Part shown: positions 35,762 to 59,200 of the stretch, piece after piece | Layout: every line of letters begins with the position of its first letter | How positions within the stretch are numbered: position 1 is the stretch's first letter | NCBI RefSeq assembly: GCF_009914755.1 | Contig: NC_060926.1 | From: the human T2T-CHM13v2.0 reference genome, Homo sapiens | Length of the DNA stretch: 64,000 nucleotides | Reading direction: 5' to 3' (one strand) | Made by a program: the position numbers and the translations under genes | Notes under the pieces: model-generated | Databases searched by the model: none | Told to the model about the DNA's origin: nothing | The model's input: the letters and a program-made list of their open reading frames with translations, nothing else

Positions 35762-37304
35762 TGATTCCAGGATCTTAAATCCCATTTCACAAAAAAGAGG
35801 CACTGACAAAAATTTATCCGTGCATACAATTAATTAGTGAGAGGACAGGGACTTGAATCTGTGTTTTCTAAACTCAATTTCCTGTTTTTGTGTTAGTCAA
35901 TCCACTTTACCCTGCAGTCTTATAGCCTATGCCCTTGTCATAAAACTCCTTTGCCTGACTACGTTTACTGTGTATGTATGTAAAGAAGCTGGTATCAAAT
36001 CCTCCCATTACAAGCATGGTAAAAATCCCAACACTTTCAAATGTTCACTGTTCATAAATATTCATTAATTGGAAACTACTACCAAAACATGCTGGATTTT
36101 ATTAGGCTCTGAAGTATAAAGAGGAGAGAGAATTCAGATGCATGAGGAAAACTGCCCTTCTGAAAATGCTACAAGTAACTGTAATTCCTTAGACAGTAAT
36201 ACTTTCCAGGTTTATCTACATGGACCTCTACAATCCCAGAATGAACATATTCCTATAAAATGAAGTGTCCTAAAAGCAAAGATAAAGAGGAAAAAGATTC
36301 TGGCACTGGTGGGTTGGTTATAACCGTAAAGAAGATGCAATTGACCTAGAGAAAACTTTGATATGGAAAATAGCTCAGATTTATCCCAATGCCTCTCACA
36401 ATTAGCTCTTTTAGTAAATGGGCATATTTATCTCAATATTTCCAGGATAATTGTTTGTGGCTCAGTGATAAATAGCATGGCACCATCTGCACATAAAATC
36501 TTTTTATGTTCTGATTCTCTTGTTATTGTATCTTGATGCTAATGCTATTCTTAAGGCCATGTATGCACTGGTAAAGAAGTAGGTGCGTACTTCTTGTTGA
36601 CTTTCGGTTAAATTTACAACACTAAAAGTATATTTCCTAATTTTACCTTTTGTGGGAAATTTATCTTCTGGGAAAATTAACAAAAATTAAGGATCTGTGG
36701 TCCACTACAAGTAGCAGCTCCAGTTTACTTGTACTGGGGTTGTATACATAATTTAGATAATACAGACAGTTAAATGATTTGGGTGGCAGAATGCTAAAGA
36801 CGTATCTTATAGGTAACTTGTTTGTAAAACTGTATAGTACTTTCAAGTAATTTTGAATTGCATGACACTGACAGTCAGGGAAAAGAAAATGCATGAATGT
36901 GATAAACCGTTTTCATCTTATTTATGACCAAATGGGGAATTTAACCATTGTGATATTCCACCAAAATAACTCAGTGCATTGATAACCATAGCGTATTTTA
37001 TTTCTTATTATGAAAGAGGAACAATATTTCATGCTAAATTTTGTTAATACTGAGCTCAAATGTGTTATCAATATAATTCATATCCTTCTATGGGGCAATG
37101 ACTTTCAACACAGGGCTGAGGGTACATACATTGTCATAAATCTTGTATACATTTGTTGAAGTATCTGCATTTCCATTTCACAAAAAAGTACAGATGTGTG
37201 GATGCCTTGATCGACTCGTTAAAGATTTTTTTGTTGTTGTTTTATGTCTGTATTGACTTTTCTTTTCTCTCATGCTTAAAAGTTACTATTCTATACATTT
37301 ATAG

Positions 37305-37367
37305 AATGGAAGACCATACTTCACTATTTATTATCTCTTGTTCCTCATTTCTTTGTGTGGGTATTTG
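37305..37367 (+). other. Candidate exon C (63 nt)
   Basis: Acceptor CTATTCTATACATTTATAG, donor TTG|GTAAAT, open in all three frames. Confidence 0.28.
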
Positions 37368-37544
37368 GTAAATGGAAACAGCTTGGGCATTATCTTCATA
37401 CACTTTCTTTTCATGTGCCATTAGGCTTCAGCATCATTCATGCGTTAATTAATTCATTTATTTTAAAAGAAATTTCCCAAATATACTCTGTACTATGTAC
37501 CTTGATAAGCAGATACACTTCTCTGTAAGAAATTCTTAAGACCT

Positions 37545-37700
37545 CGTGCTATAAACATGATAACCTCTATTTTACAAAACAGAAAGGAGGACCAGAAAAC
37601 TTAAGTGATTTGCCCAGAGACACATATCCAGTGAATGAGAAAGAATCAATTAGAAAGTTAATCTTCCAAAATTAAGACTAGGGTTCTTTTAATCATTTCC
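37545..37700 (-). mobile_element. MIR
   Basis: CTATTTTACAAAACAGAAA...TTAAGTGATTTGCCCAGAGACACAT. Confidence 0.7.
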
Positions 37701-37859
37701 AGTTGCTTCAAATGAATGCTACAACTATATTCAGACATTTCTTTATGATGGGAGAATTAAAAGTGAGTGCTTAAGGTCTTAGAATACAGAAAAGAGGTAG
37801 AAGAATATTGTTCAAATTTTAGTGGGCAGCAGTAACTACTACAGACCTAGCTAGAGCGT

Positions 37860-37943
37860 AGATTCCAGAGAAATGACATCAGCAAAATGGCAAAGTAGGT
37901 GGCTCCAAGCTCTTGTGCCCTTATAGAAAAATATATATGAAAT

Positions 37944-37991
<48 letters not shown>

Positions 37992-39250
37992 ACACACACC
38001 AAGGCAGAAATGTCAGTATCAACATTGTCAGAACTTTGGAAAATATTCAAAGGTTTACAACAACCTTGCCTGTTTTAATAAAGAAAATGCCAACTTGAAA
38101 ACAGTAGGAAAGCTTTCCCATATATAAACATTCCCTTGCCTCACTGTTTCCCTAGAATGTCAGCAATCTGGAAGCAGTGATAGCCTTTCCAGTGTGGAAT
38201 TCTGGTTCCAGCTTCTGGACCAAGAAGAGCAGATCTTATTTGTTCTTGTCTGTTCTAACATGTCTGAAGCCACCTAAAGCATTGATGCAAGTGCTCACCT
38301 TTGTTTCGCTTATATCAGAACTCAGGCCAGAAAAGTGGTGTGCATAGGTAGAAAATGCTGCAAGGTGAAATAACCTGAAAATGACTGAGACAGAAGATTA
38401 CGGTTGAGAAATACAATAGATTTAAAAAAAAGAAGGCATTGGAGGAAAAGCTGGGAAGATTCTTTGAGAAATTAGGGCATTCCAAAGCCCAATGTGTACA
38501 GGAGAAATTAGAAAGCTATGTACACCAAACAACAGAACCCCAGAATATATAACACAAAAAAGCCAGCATTATAGGGAGAAATTGAATAGGCAGGTCTATA
38601 ATTATATTTGGAGATCTCAGTATACCACTTCCAATAACTAACAATCCTTCTATGGGCCAATAATTAATAAAATATCTAGAAAAAAGAGCAATAAGGAAAC
38701 AAAGGACTTTACCAACACTACAAAGTAGATCTAGAGGACATATATGGAATACTCCCCCCAACAACAGCAGAATACACTTTCTTGTCAAGTGGATCTGAAA
38801 CATTCTCCAGAATAGATGATACGTTAGGCCACAGAGAATTCTCACTCAATTTAAAGAGATTAAAATCATACCAGGTATCTTCTGTAATAACAATAGGATA
38901 AAGCTAGAAATAAATAACAGAAATAAAAGTGAAACATTTACAAATATGTAGAAATTAACACTCTCTTAAACAGCTAATGGGTTGAAGAAGAAATCAAAGA
39001 AAATTAGAAAATACATAAAGACAAATAAAAATTAAAACATAGCATACCAAATCTTACGGAATACAGTGAAAGCAGTGCTCGGGAGAAAATGGTAGCTGTA
39101 AACAGTTATATTAAAAAGGAAACATCTCAGATCTATAATATTGTACTTTGAGGAACAGGAAAGAGATGAGCAAACTAAACTGAACATTAGCAGAAATAAG
39201 GGAATAATAGGGATTAGAGGAGAGTTAAGTAAAATGGAAAATGGATAAAC
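37860..39250 (+). mobile_element. Older L1M (5' part plus ORF2 EN region); host of the L1MA2
   Basis: CAACAACAGCAGAATACACTTTCTTGTCAAGTG...AGAATAGATGATACGTTAGGCCAC; resumes briefly near 45915. Confidence 0.75.
37948..37999. repeat. (CA)n microsatellite
   Basis: Direct reading, one GA interruption. Confidence 0.97.
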
Positions 39251-39259
39251 AGTATTGTG

Positions 39260-45913
<6,654 letters not shown>

Positions 45914-45949
45914 GAAACACAATGTAGAAAAACAATGAAAAAAAGCTGT

Positions 45950-49170
<3,221 letters not shown>

Positions 49171-50669
49171 TTTTTTAAAATATCCCTAAATAAAAAAGTA
49201 GTCTCAAAATTTTTTAAAATAATTTTTCTCAGGTGGACTGGCATTTCACAATAACAAATTAATAATTTATATGTATATTTTACAGTGATAAAATATATAT
49301 CAATTTTCTCTTCAAGATTAATTTATAATTTATGAATCAATATACAATATGCATAAATTAAAATTAAAAACAAACATTTTACCCAAAATGCTAGGTTTCT
49401 TGGATATCTGTAACTCATTATTTAAAAACAGATAAGTAAATAAATAAACCAACTAAGCCAGTAAAGGGCAGACCGGGAGGAAGTAGGAAAGAGGAGAGAG
49501 AGAGAAGGAAGGAAGGAAAGGAGGCAGAAAGGATTGATTTGCAAGTGTTGAATAATTATAAGCATGAAATAGGCTTCTCCCAAAATAAGTTTGATAAAAT
49601 GTATGTAGTTTATGTAAGTCCTGTATTCTTTCACATTTACATCTTCAGTGAATGTCTTTGAAAACAGTATCAAGAACATCAATGGAGAAAATAGCATGTC
49701 TTCGATTGCATATCCTTGGAAATTTAAGTGCAATCAAACAATAAATTTTTTATATTTGGTCCAGAAACTTATTTGGGGAAAGTTAAACAATACCTTAGCT
49801 GGTTGCAGAAGGTGCAGTAGCTTCTCTTTTCAGTACCCAGTGCCCTAATTGCTAACTTCTGAAGACATGTGTCATGGCTTTCAGTAGGGGACTTGAAAAG
49901 CTTATAAAACTAGTAAAACTGAAGGGAAAAATGCTTAAATCTTTACCTTCACGGAACTTGTCTTCAAATACAAGCATAATATAAGATGTACATCTTTTTA
50001 TCTGTCCAGGCTATCCAAAGGAGCCTGTCTTTTAAAATATCTTCACCACTATTTATTTCTCTAAAATGTTGCTGTGTAAATCTTCATTATACTTACTACA
50101 TCTGAAATTATTTTGTATGTATCAACGGTGTGTCGAAGGTATGCCATCCCTTAACTGAATGTAAAGTGAATGAAGATTTGGTCTTTTTGCATATCACTAG
50201 CAACCTGGGATAAGACTTAGAACACAGCAAGTCTCAAGAAATATTTTTAATTAAATGGTAAAGGAAAATGTTATTATCCCCATCGTTCTACATACTAAGA
50301 CTTTTTTCTAACCACAAAACTACCTACCTGGCTCATACTTACTGACTTTTCTCTTTGTTCTATTTCTTTCCCACATGTTCCAGGCATTTTAGAGACTTCC
50401 CATCTGATTTTGGTTATTGATAGTTTTCCCATTCTTAAACGTGCTAGATATTCCCAATGATTAACTTTTAAATACCTATATGGTCCTGACCATGACATTG
50501 CTATGCTCAATATCATGCCAATAACATAAAATATTCAAGGCCTCCACAATTGGCTCCATTGTAGGTTTCTAAACACATCATCAGTTTCCCTAGAACTTCG
50601 GCTCAGGTACATAGAGTTTTCATTGTTTTCTTAATTGCAGCAAGAATAACAACTTCATTCCCACAAGTG

Positions 50670-50850
50670 CTTCCTATGCACCAGGAACTATGCTAAGCAC
50701 TTTTAAATCCATTATCTCATATAATCTTCATAACATTCTTGTAATTTAGTTACCATTGTTATATTCACAGTACAGGAACTTTGTCACAGAGCCAAGGAGT
50801 GTCACAGCCAGATTCAAACTCCCATAACTCTAACCTCACATTCTGTTCTT
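50670..50850 (-). mobile_element. MIR
   Basis: CCTATGCACCAGGAACTATGCTAAGCACTTT...ATTATCTCATATAATCTTCATAAC. Confidence 0.7.
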
Positions 50851-51818
50851 CATGCCACTGTTTCTCTGCTCACAGAATTTTTTCCGTCCTTGTTTTCTTG
50901 CTGTCCCTGTTTTTACTGTTTCTCTTTTCCCGTGCATAGAATTTCTTGTATGCCCAGCTCTCCAGTTATTTACATTGACTCAATCAGCTTCAAAGCCTAA
51001 TTCACATACTACTTTCAGCTTGAAGCCCAAGTTTTAATTAAAATTTTGTACTGTTTTCATATCTCTTTATACTTCTTATATAGCAATGGCTGTATTCTTT
51101 GTTGTGCTATTATAAGGCCTATGTAGTCCTGCTTTTATAATCCCAAGTATATTTGTATCCCCATTGATGTCTGGTTTCCAAATACATCCATTAAAAATCT
51201 CTGAAATGATTCTCTTAAGAATGTGAACAATGAACATAAAAGAAAAAAGATCTCAAATATTTCACTAATATTTTCTCAATTTCTTTTGTTTAAAAAAATT
51301 AAAGATGCATATAATGAAATGTCAGAACTTAAGGAGAATAGCAAGAGGGAATTGTCCAACTCCATTTCTAATAGCCTTAGCTGGAATCCCAGGGAGACAA
51401 AAAGGCAATTTGCAAGTTAAATCACGAATAAGTCCAAACCCAATTTTGTAATCACTTTTCCAGAGCTGATAAGCTGAGGGTTCATGAGGGAGCACTGCCT
51501 ATTTCCTGTGAGACAACAGACAACATGCAAACTCCTGTCATTCTGTTCCTGCCTAAATATGCTAAAATAAGGAAAGGAGATTTATACAGGAAGGAAGGTA
51601 GCAAGGAAGGTAGGAAGGAAGAAAGCGATAGAAGGAGGAATAAAGGGGGGAGAAACATTAGGAATTTTAAGTGTATAATGTTTTAAATGTATACTTTTAA
51701 ATGTATAATTTTAAATGAATAATAAAATGTATAAATGAAGTATGAGAAAAATTATATTAATTTTTTTCTTATCTTTCTTTTTATGTACCTGTTAAGTTTC
51801 AGTAATTTACACAGTGTC

Positions 51819-52193
51819 TATATTAGTCTGTTCTCACACTGCTAATAAAGACATACTCAAGACTGGGTAATTTATAAAGGAAAGAGGCTTAATTGACTCA
51901 CAGTTTAGCATGGCTGGGGAGGTCTCAGGAAACTTATAATAATGGAGGAGGGGGACGCAAACATGTACTTCTTCACATGGCGACAGCAAGGACAAGTGCT
52001 GAGTCAAAGGGGTAAGAGCCCCTTATAAAACCATCAGAACTCGTGAAAGTCACTCACTATCACAAAAACTGCATAAGAGTAACCTCCCCCATGATTTAAT
52101 TACCTCACACCAGGTCCCTCCCATGACATGTGAGGATTATGGGAACTACAATTTAAGATGAGATTTGGGTGGGGACATAGCCAAACCATATCA
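51819..52193 (-). mobile_element. THE1 solo LTR nested in the terminus of an MLT1A
   Basis: TATATTAGTCTGTTCTCACACTGCT...GCCAAACCATATCA; TSD GTGTC at 51814-51818 / 52194-52198. Confidence 0.92.
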
Positions 52194-52194
52194 G

Positions 52195-52559
52195 TGTCTT
52201 AATCCCTTTGGAGTGCTGTAACAGAATACCATAGACCAGGTGGGTTATAAATAAAACAAATATATATTTCACACCTCTGGAGGCTGAAAAATACAATATC
52301 ATGGCTCAGGCATATTTGGTGTCCGGTTGGGGCTGGTTTTCTAGTTCCTGGTTATATAGCTATCTTCTTATTGCAACTTCACAGGGTGCAAAGGCAAAGG
52401 AGTATGCTGGAACCTCTTTTATAAGGGCACTAATTTCATTCTTAATGTCTCACCTTCATGACCTAATCACTTCCTTAAGGTCCCACTTCTTAATATCATC
52501 ACATTGGGGCTAAGATTTAATCCATGTTTTAAGAGAACACAATCATTCATTTTGTATCA
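52195..52559 (-). mobile_element. MLT1A/MSTD-type MaLR solo LTR
   Basis: TGTCTT...GCTGTAACAGAATACCATAGAC...CTCTTTTATAAGGGCACTAAT; TSD CACAG at 51810-51814 / 52560-52564. Confidence 0.8.
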
Positions 52560-53249
52560 CACAGAATGTTATAAAGTCATGATGCTACAGTGATGTCAAG
52601 TATGAGATACCCACGTGGTACACAGAACTGAATAAAATCCAAATTAGAAGAATAGGTAGAATGGTCTCACTCTGCTCACCATCCTCTACCTTTACTGCAA
52701 GTCAGCACAATGCCACACTAGACAGTATTTTCCTGGGCTTGCAGGGAGAAAAGACAACCAGAAGTAGTCATCCAGCTTCCCTAGCATTCTGAAACACTTC
52801 CCAAGAAGCCCAATCCAGTCTCACCTCACAGGGAGTACTAAGGGAAATAGCACAACTTGACCCTCCACCCACTTCCCCTGTCCCCCTTCCCCTCCCCCAG
52901 GGTGGGGGGTTGGGGGCGGTTAGGTAGAAACAAAGAAAGTGAATAATGCATGCATTCTGGTTGAACCTCTGTGTTCCTGTGATCAATCAGAGGTATCAAA
53001 CAAGCTCATACGGTACCACAAAGCTGAGCTGGTTGACTTCAGAAGCATTATGGGAAGTAAAATCTAGCTTGAGCTCCTAGACTGCTAGTCTCCCTGCCCA
53101 GCCTCAGAGCCCACGGCAGTGACCTGCCCAGTCAGAGAGACTGCCACCTCTGTTGATTCTAGAGATTCAGAGGGGCTGATCCAGTTTGACCCAAGAAGGC
53201 AAGCATTCCATTGTATACTATTAAGCTGTAAGAACAAAACAAAACAAAA

Positions 53250-53730
53250 CAAGAAATTCTGCCATTTGAGACAACATGGATGAACCTAGAGGACATTATG
53301 TTAAGTGAAACAAGACAGGCACGGAAAGACAAAAACCATATGATCTCACTCATATGTTAAATTTAAAAACTTGAACTTAGAGAAATAGAGCATAGAATGG
53401 TGGTTTCCAGAGGCTGGAGCATGGAGGAAGAGAAAGGGGTAGATGTAGAATCAGAAGACATTGGTCACAGGGTACAAAGTTATAGTTATTTAGGAGGATA
53501 AAGTTCTGCTGTTCTATTGCACAGTAGAGGGATTATAGTTAATAATAATGTATTGTATATTTTAAAATAGCTAGATGAGAAGATTGTGAATGTTTTCACC
53601 ACAAATAAATGATAAATGAGGTGCAAATATAACAATTACTCTGATTTGTTAATTACAAAACGTATACATGTGTCAAAACATCACTTTGTACACCATATGT
53701 ACAATTATTACTTATCAATTAAATTTTTTT
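53250..53730 (+). mobile_element. L1MA (MA7-9-like) 3' end
   Basis: GAAATTCTGCCATTTGAGACAACATGGATGAACCTAGAGGACATTATGTTAAGTGAAA. Confidence 0.8.
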
Positions 53731-55409
53731 AAAAAATTGTAGTAGTTTTCAAAATACATAAAACTTAGTCTCTCTGGATGTGTGAACTAGTTCAAACAGG
53801 TATTTTCCAAAAGGCATTGTGTAAAACACTTATTCAAGTTATATGCATTGAAAAAGATATTTCTAAGGCATAGTCAGAAAATGCAGCATTTTATATTATG
53901 CATGTGCACTTTAATGAAGGACATTAAATATTTTAATAATTCCTGCATAAAGCCCTTGTTTAATTCCGGTTAATCATGAGTTTCTCAAATTTGCTTGACA
54001 AAGTTAACCAACCCCTTATCTTTTTTTTTTTTTTTTTTCGTTTTGCATTTGAAATACACCAGCAGAGTTGGAAGGAGAATAAGGAATAACTCTCTTGGTT
54101 ACCACCACAGAATACTGCCACATGACCCAAAAAGTCTTAAAAAAAAAAAAAAGTATTCTGTTAGTGGTAAAAATGTTACAGGACACTTCAAATAAATTTG
54201 TTCTACAATTCGCACCTTGATTTTGCCCTTCATATTTAGAGTTGTACTATCAGACAATAAACCAAACACAAAAGCTTTCATTTCAATGTTCTGATGATAT
54301 ATTTGATCTTCTGTTGGCCTTGAAAAAGGCACTCTAGAGAAAAAAGACTATCTAATGATTTTTAAATGCCATTTACCCCACCACTACTTATAAATGATTG
54401 CACCATCAGTGTCCTTATAATTGGGATAAAGATTGTGTGTTAACTGGCTCATTCTTACATGTGTGATCAATGAGAACAGGGGCTGGACCACATTGCCTGA
54501 AAATTATTTTAAGTTACTATTTTTTCCATAGAAGAAAAGAGAAACAATAAAAGAGGAAGTGGTCAGAGAAAGAGTGAACTTAAAAGAGTATTTTTTTGTG
54601 TGGGTATTTTAGTGTCGCCCTTCTGTGAATTTCAAGGCTAAGAATTTGAAATTATAATCAGTAATGTGTAGATATTTCCTAAGAAAAAAATCTATCCCTA
54701 TCCTGAGGAAAGTCTCTTTATTAGGATACTGTCATCCATTTCTTAAAGACAGAGAATTTTTAGTACAAAAAAGATGTAACTATTCTTAGATTGCTAAAGC
54801 ATTATCAGTAAAGCATTGGGCTTTATTAAAGACCTTTATCAGCATTTAGCATTTTCATATATTATATATATTTAATATCCCTGTATTCCTGAGGTAAACT
54901 TACTTACTTATGGCATACTATGTTGCAACTCTTCTATAAATTTCAAATTGGTGGCATTTCATTAGGTAGTTTTGCCCCTATATACAGAAATAAGACTGGT
55001 TGTGAGTTTGCAATCCTGGTCTACATTAGATATATGACAGTTGTGCAGTATGCATAGAATATTTTTCCTTTCTTTTAATATTTAAAAATGTTTCTCAATT
55101 TAGATAATTCACTGATTAAAAACATCTGCACTCATATTCAATTTGGGAAATATCATTATAATATTTTATTAATCTCTTATTTGGAAATTGACAAATTCTG
55201 TTGTATTGGATGTTCTCAAGTTAATATTGATTCTTTATGTTTTTTAATAAGGTAAATATTTTATAGAGTTTTTCTAAATAAGCAGAATTGTACAGTATCC
55301 AATTATAATTTAACTGTATTTGTCTTGTTCTTGTTAATTTATCTCTTCTTGTTTTGATTAAACTTCACAAATTTGTGTGTATATTTAATATTATTTTAAA
55401 AAGAGCTGC

Positions 55410-56205
55410 CTATAAGCTCCTGAATGGGGCTGCTGCCTTCTTTCAAAGATGCGCTGTACAGAGAGGAGGAACCTAGAAATGCAGTCTGGCTACAGCAGCT
55501 TTGCCGAGCTGTGGTGAGCTCTGCCCAGTTCGAAATTCCCAGCGGCTTTGTTTACAGTGTGAGGGAAAAAATGCCTACTCAAGCCTCAGTAATGGTGGAT
55601 GCCCCTCCCCTCACCAAGCCCGAGTGCCCCAGGTTGACTTCAGACTGCTGTGCTGGCAGCGAGAATTTCATGCCAGTGGATCTTAGTTTGCTGGGATCCA
55701 TGGGGTTAGGATCCACTGAGGTAGACCACTTGGCTCCCTGGCTTCAGCCCCCTTTCCAGGGGAGTGAACGGTACTGTCTTGCTGGTGTCCCAGGCACCAC
55801 TGAGTATGAAAAAAATTCCTGCAGCTAGCCCAAATGGCCACCCAGTTTTGTGCTTAAAACCCAGGGCCCTGGTGGTACAGGCACTGGAGGGAATCTCCTG
55901 GTCTATGGGTTGTGAAGACCATGGAAAAAGCATAGTATCTGGGCCAGAATGCACCATTCCTCACGGTACAGTCCCTCACGACTTCCTTTGGCTAGGGGAG
56001 GGAGTTCCCTGACCCGTTGCACTTCCCGGATTAGGCAACACCCCTCCCTGCTTTGGCTCACCCTCCATGGGCTGCATCCACTGTATAACCAGTTCCGCCG
56101 AGATGAGCTGGGTACCTCAGTTGGAAATGCAGAAATCACTTGCCTTCTCCATTGATCTACTGGGAGCTGCAGACCAAAGCTGTTCTTATTCAGCCATCTT
56201 GCCAA
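55410..56205 (-). mobile_element. Inverted first ~800 bp of an L1PA7/8-like 5'UTR
   Basis: Reverse complement starts GGCAAGATGGCTGAATAAGAACAGC (L1 5' end) near 56203; GC-rich. Confidence 0.88.
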
Positions 56206-59200
56206 CCAACTCCCATCTCCCTGGGATAGAGCACATCTGGGAAGGTGTGGCTGTGGGCTCAGCTTCAGCAGACTTAGAGATTCCTGCCTGCCAGCTCTGA
56301 AGAGAGCAGTGGATCTCCCAGCACAATGCTCGAGCTCTGCTAAGGGACAGACTGCCTCCTTAAGTGGGTCCCTGACCCCCGTGCCTCATGACTGGGAGAC
56401 ACCTCCCAGCAGGAGTCAACAGACACCTCATACAGGAGGGCTCTGGCTGGCATCCAGCGGGTGCCCCTCTGGGACGAAGCTTCCTGAGGAAGAAACAGGC
56501 AGCAATCTTTGCTGTTCTGCAGCCTCCACTGGTGATACCGTGGCAAACAGGGTCTGGAGTGGACCTCCAGCAAACTCCAGCATACCTGGAGCAGAGGGGC
56601 CTGACAGTTAGAAGGAAAACTAGCAAACAGAAAGGAATAGCATCAACATCAACAAAAACGACACCCATACAAAAAGCCCATCCAAAGGTCACCAACATCA
56701 GAGACCAAAAGTAGATAAATACACGAAGATGAGGAAAAACCAGCATAAAAAGGCTGAAAATTCCACAAACCAGAATGCCTCTTCAAAAGATCACAACTCC
56801 TCACCAGCAAGGGAACAGAACTGGACAGAGAATGAGTTTGACGAATTGACAGAAGTAGGGTTCAGGAGGGGGTGGGTAATAACAAACTCCTCTGAGCTAA
56901 AGGAGCATGTTAGAATCCAATGCAAGGAAGCTAAGAACCTTGAAAAAAGGCTAGACAAATTGCTAACTAGAATAACCAGTTAAGAGAAGAACATAAATGA
57001 CCCAATGGAGCTGAAAAGCACAGCACAAGAACTACATGAAGCATACACAAGTATCAATAGCTGAATCAATCAATTAGAAGAAAAGATATCAGAGATTGAA
57101 GAGCAACTTAATGAAATAAAGCATGAAGACAAGATTAGAGAAAAAAGAATGAAAACGGAATGAACAAAGCCTCCAAGAAATATGGGACTATGTGAAAAAC
57201 GAAACCTATGTTTGATTGGTGGACCTGAAAGTGACAGGAAGAATGGAACCAAGTTGGAAAACATTCTTCAGGATATTATCCAGGAGAACTTTCCCAACCT
57301 AGCAAGACAGGCCAACATTCAAATTCAGGAAATACAGAGAACACCACAGAGATACTCCTCGAGAAGGGCAATCCCAAGACACATAATCATCAGATTCACC
57401 AAGGTTGAAATGAAGAGAAAAAATGTTAAGGGCAGCCAGAGAGAAAGGTCAGGTTACCCACAAAGGGAAGCCCATCATACCAACAGAGGATCTCTCTGCA
57501 GAAACCCTATAAACTAGAAGAGAGTGGGGGTCAATATTTAACATTCTAAAACAAAAGAATTTTCGACCCAGAATTCCATATCCAGCCAACTAAGCTTTAC
57601 AAGCAAAGGAGAAATAAAATCCTTTACAAACAAGAAAATCCTGAGAGATGTTGTTGCTACCAGGTCTGCCTTACGAGAGCTCCCGAAGGAAGCACTAAAT
57701 ATGGAAAGGAAAAACTGGTACCAGTCACTGCAAAATCATGCCAAATTGTAAAGTCCATCGACACCATAAAAAAACTGCAACAACTAATGGGCAAAATAAC
57801 CAGCTAGCAACATAATGACAGGGTCAAATTCACACATAATTATACTAACCTTAAATGTAAATGGGCTAAATGCCCCAATTAAAAGACACAGACTGGCAAA
57901 CTGGATAAAGAGTCAAGACCAATCAGTGTGCTGTATTAAGGAGACCCATCTCATGTGCAAAGACACACATCGGCTCGAAATAAAGGGATGGAGGAATATT
58001 TACCAAGCAAATGGAAAGCAAAGAATAGCAGGGGTTACAATTCTAGTCTCTGATAAAACAGACTTTAAACTAAAAGAAAGATCAAAAAAGACAAAAAAGG
58101 GCATCACATGATGGTAAAGGGATCAATGCAACAATAAGACCTAACTATCCTAAATATATGTGCACCCAATACAGGAGCACCCAGATTCATAAAGGAAGTT
58201 CTTAGAGACCTACAAAGAGACTGAAACTCCCACACAATAATAGTAGGAAACATTAACACACCACTGTCAATACTAGACAGATCAATGTACAGAAAATTAA
58301 CAAGGATATTCAGGACTTGAACTCAGCTCTGGACCAAGCAGACCTAATAGACATCTACAGAACTCTCCACCCCAAATCAACAGAATATACATTCTTCTCA
58401 GCACCACGTCACATTTATTCTAAAATTGTCCACATAATTGGAAGTAAAACATTCCTCAGCAAATGCAAAAGAATGGAAATAATAACAAACAGTCTCTCAG
58501 ACCACACTGCAATCAAATTAGAACTCAGGATTAAGAAATTCACTCAAAACCGCACAACTACCTGGAAACTGAACAACTTGCTCCTGAATGAGTACTGGGT
58601 AAATAACAAAATTAAGGTAGAAGTAAATAAGTTATTTGAAACCAATGAGAACAAAGACGCAACGTACCAGAATCTCTGGGACACAGCTAAATCAGTGTTT
58701 AGAGGGAAATTTATAGCACTAAATGCCTACAGGGGAAAGTGAGAAAGATCTAAAATCAATACCCTAACATCACAATTAAAAGAACTAGAGACACAATAGC
58801 AAATTCAAAGCTAGCAGAAGATAGGAAAAAACTAAGATCAGAGCAGAACTGAAGGAGATAAAGACACGAAAAACCCTTCAAAAAAATCAGTGAATCCAGG
58901 AGCTGGTTTTTTAAAAGATTAACAAAACAGACCACTAGCCAGACTAATAAAGAAAAAAAGAGAGAGGAATTAAATAGACACAATAAAAAATGATAAAGAG
59001 GAGATCACTACTGATCCCATAGAAATAAAAAGTACCATTAGAGAATACTATAAACACCTCTGTGCAAATAAACTAGAAAATCTAGAAGAAATGGACAAAT
59101 TCCTGGACACATACATCCTCCCAAGACTAAACCAGGAAGAAGTTGAATCCCTGAATCAGCAAATAACAAGTTCTGAAATTGAGGCAGCAATTAATAGCCT

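Noticed and set aside
36106-36308. Further + strand exon-like segments
   Set aside because: Weak splice sites, and stops or incompatible phase.
49422-49848. Opposing ORFs of 103 aa and 66 aa in unique DNA, with a + strand acceptor at 49648
   Set aside because: No recognisable homology; no good + strand donor; the long frame is not in phase with the A-B-C exon chain.
55424-56746. Dense cluster of overlapping 60-134 aa ORFs
   Set aside because: Expected from the GC-rich L1 5'UTR; no recognisable protein.
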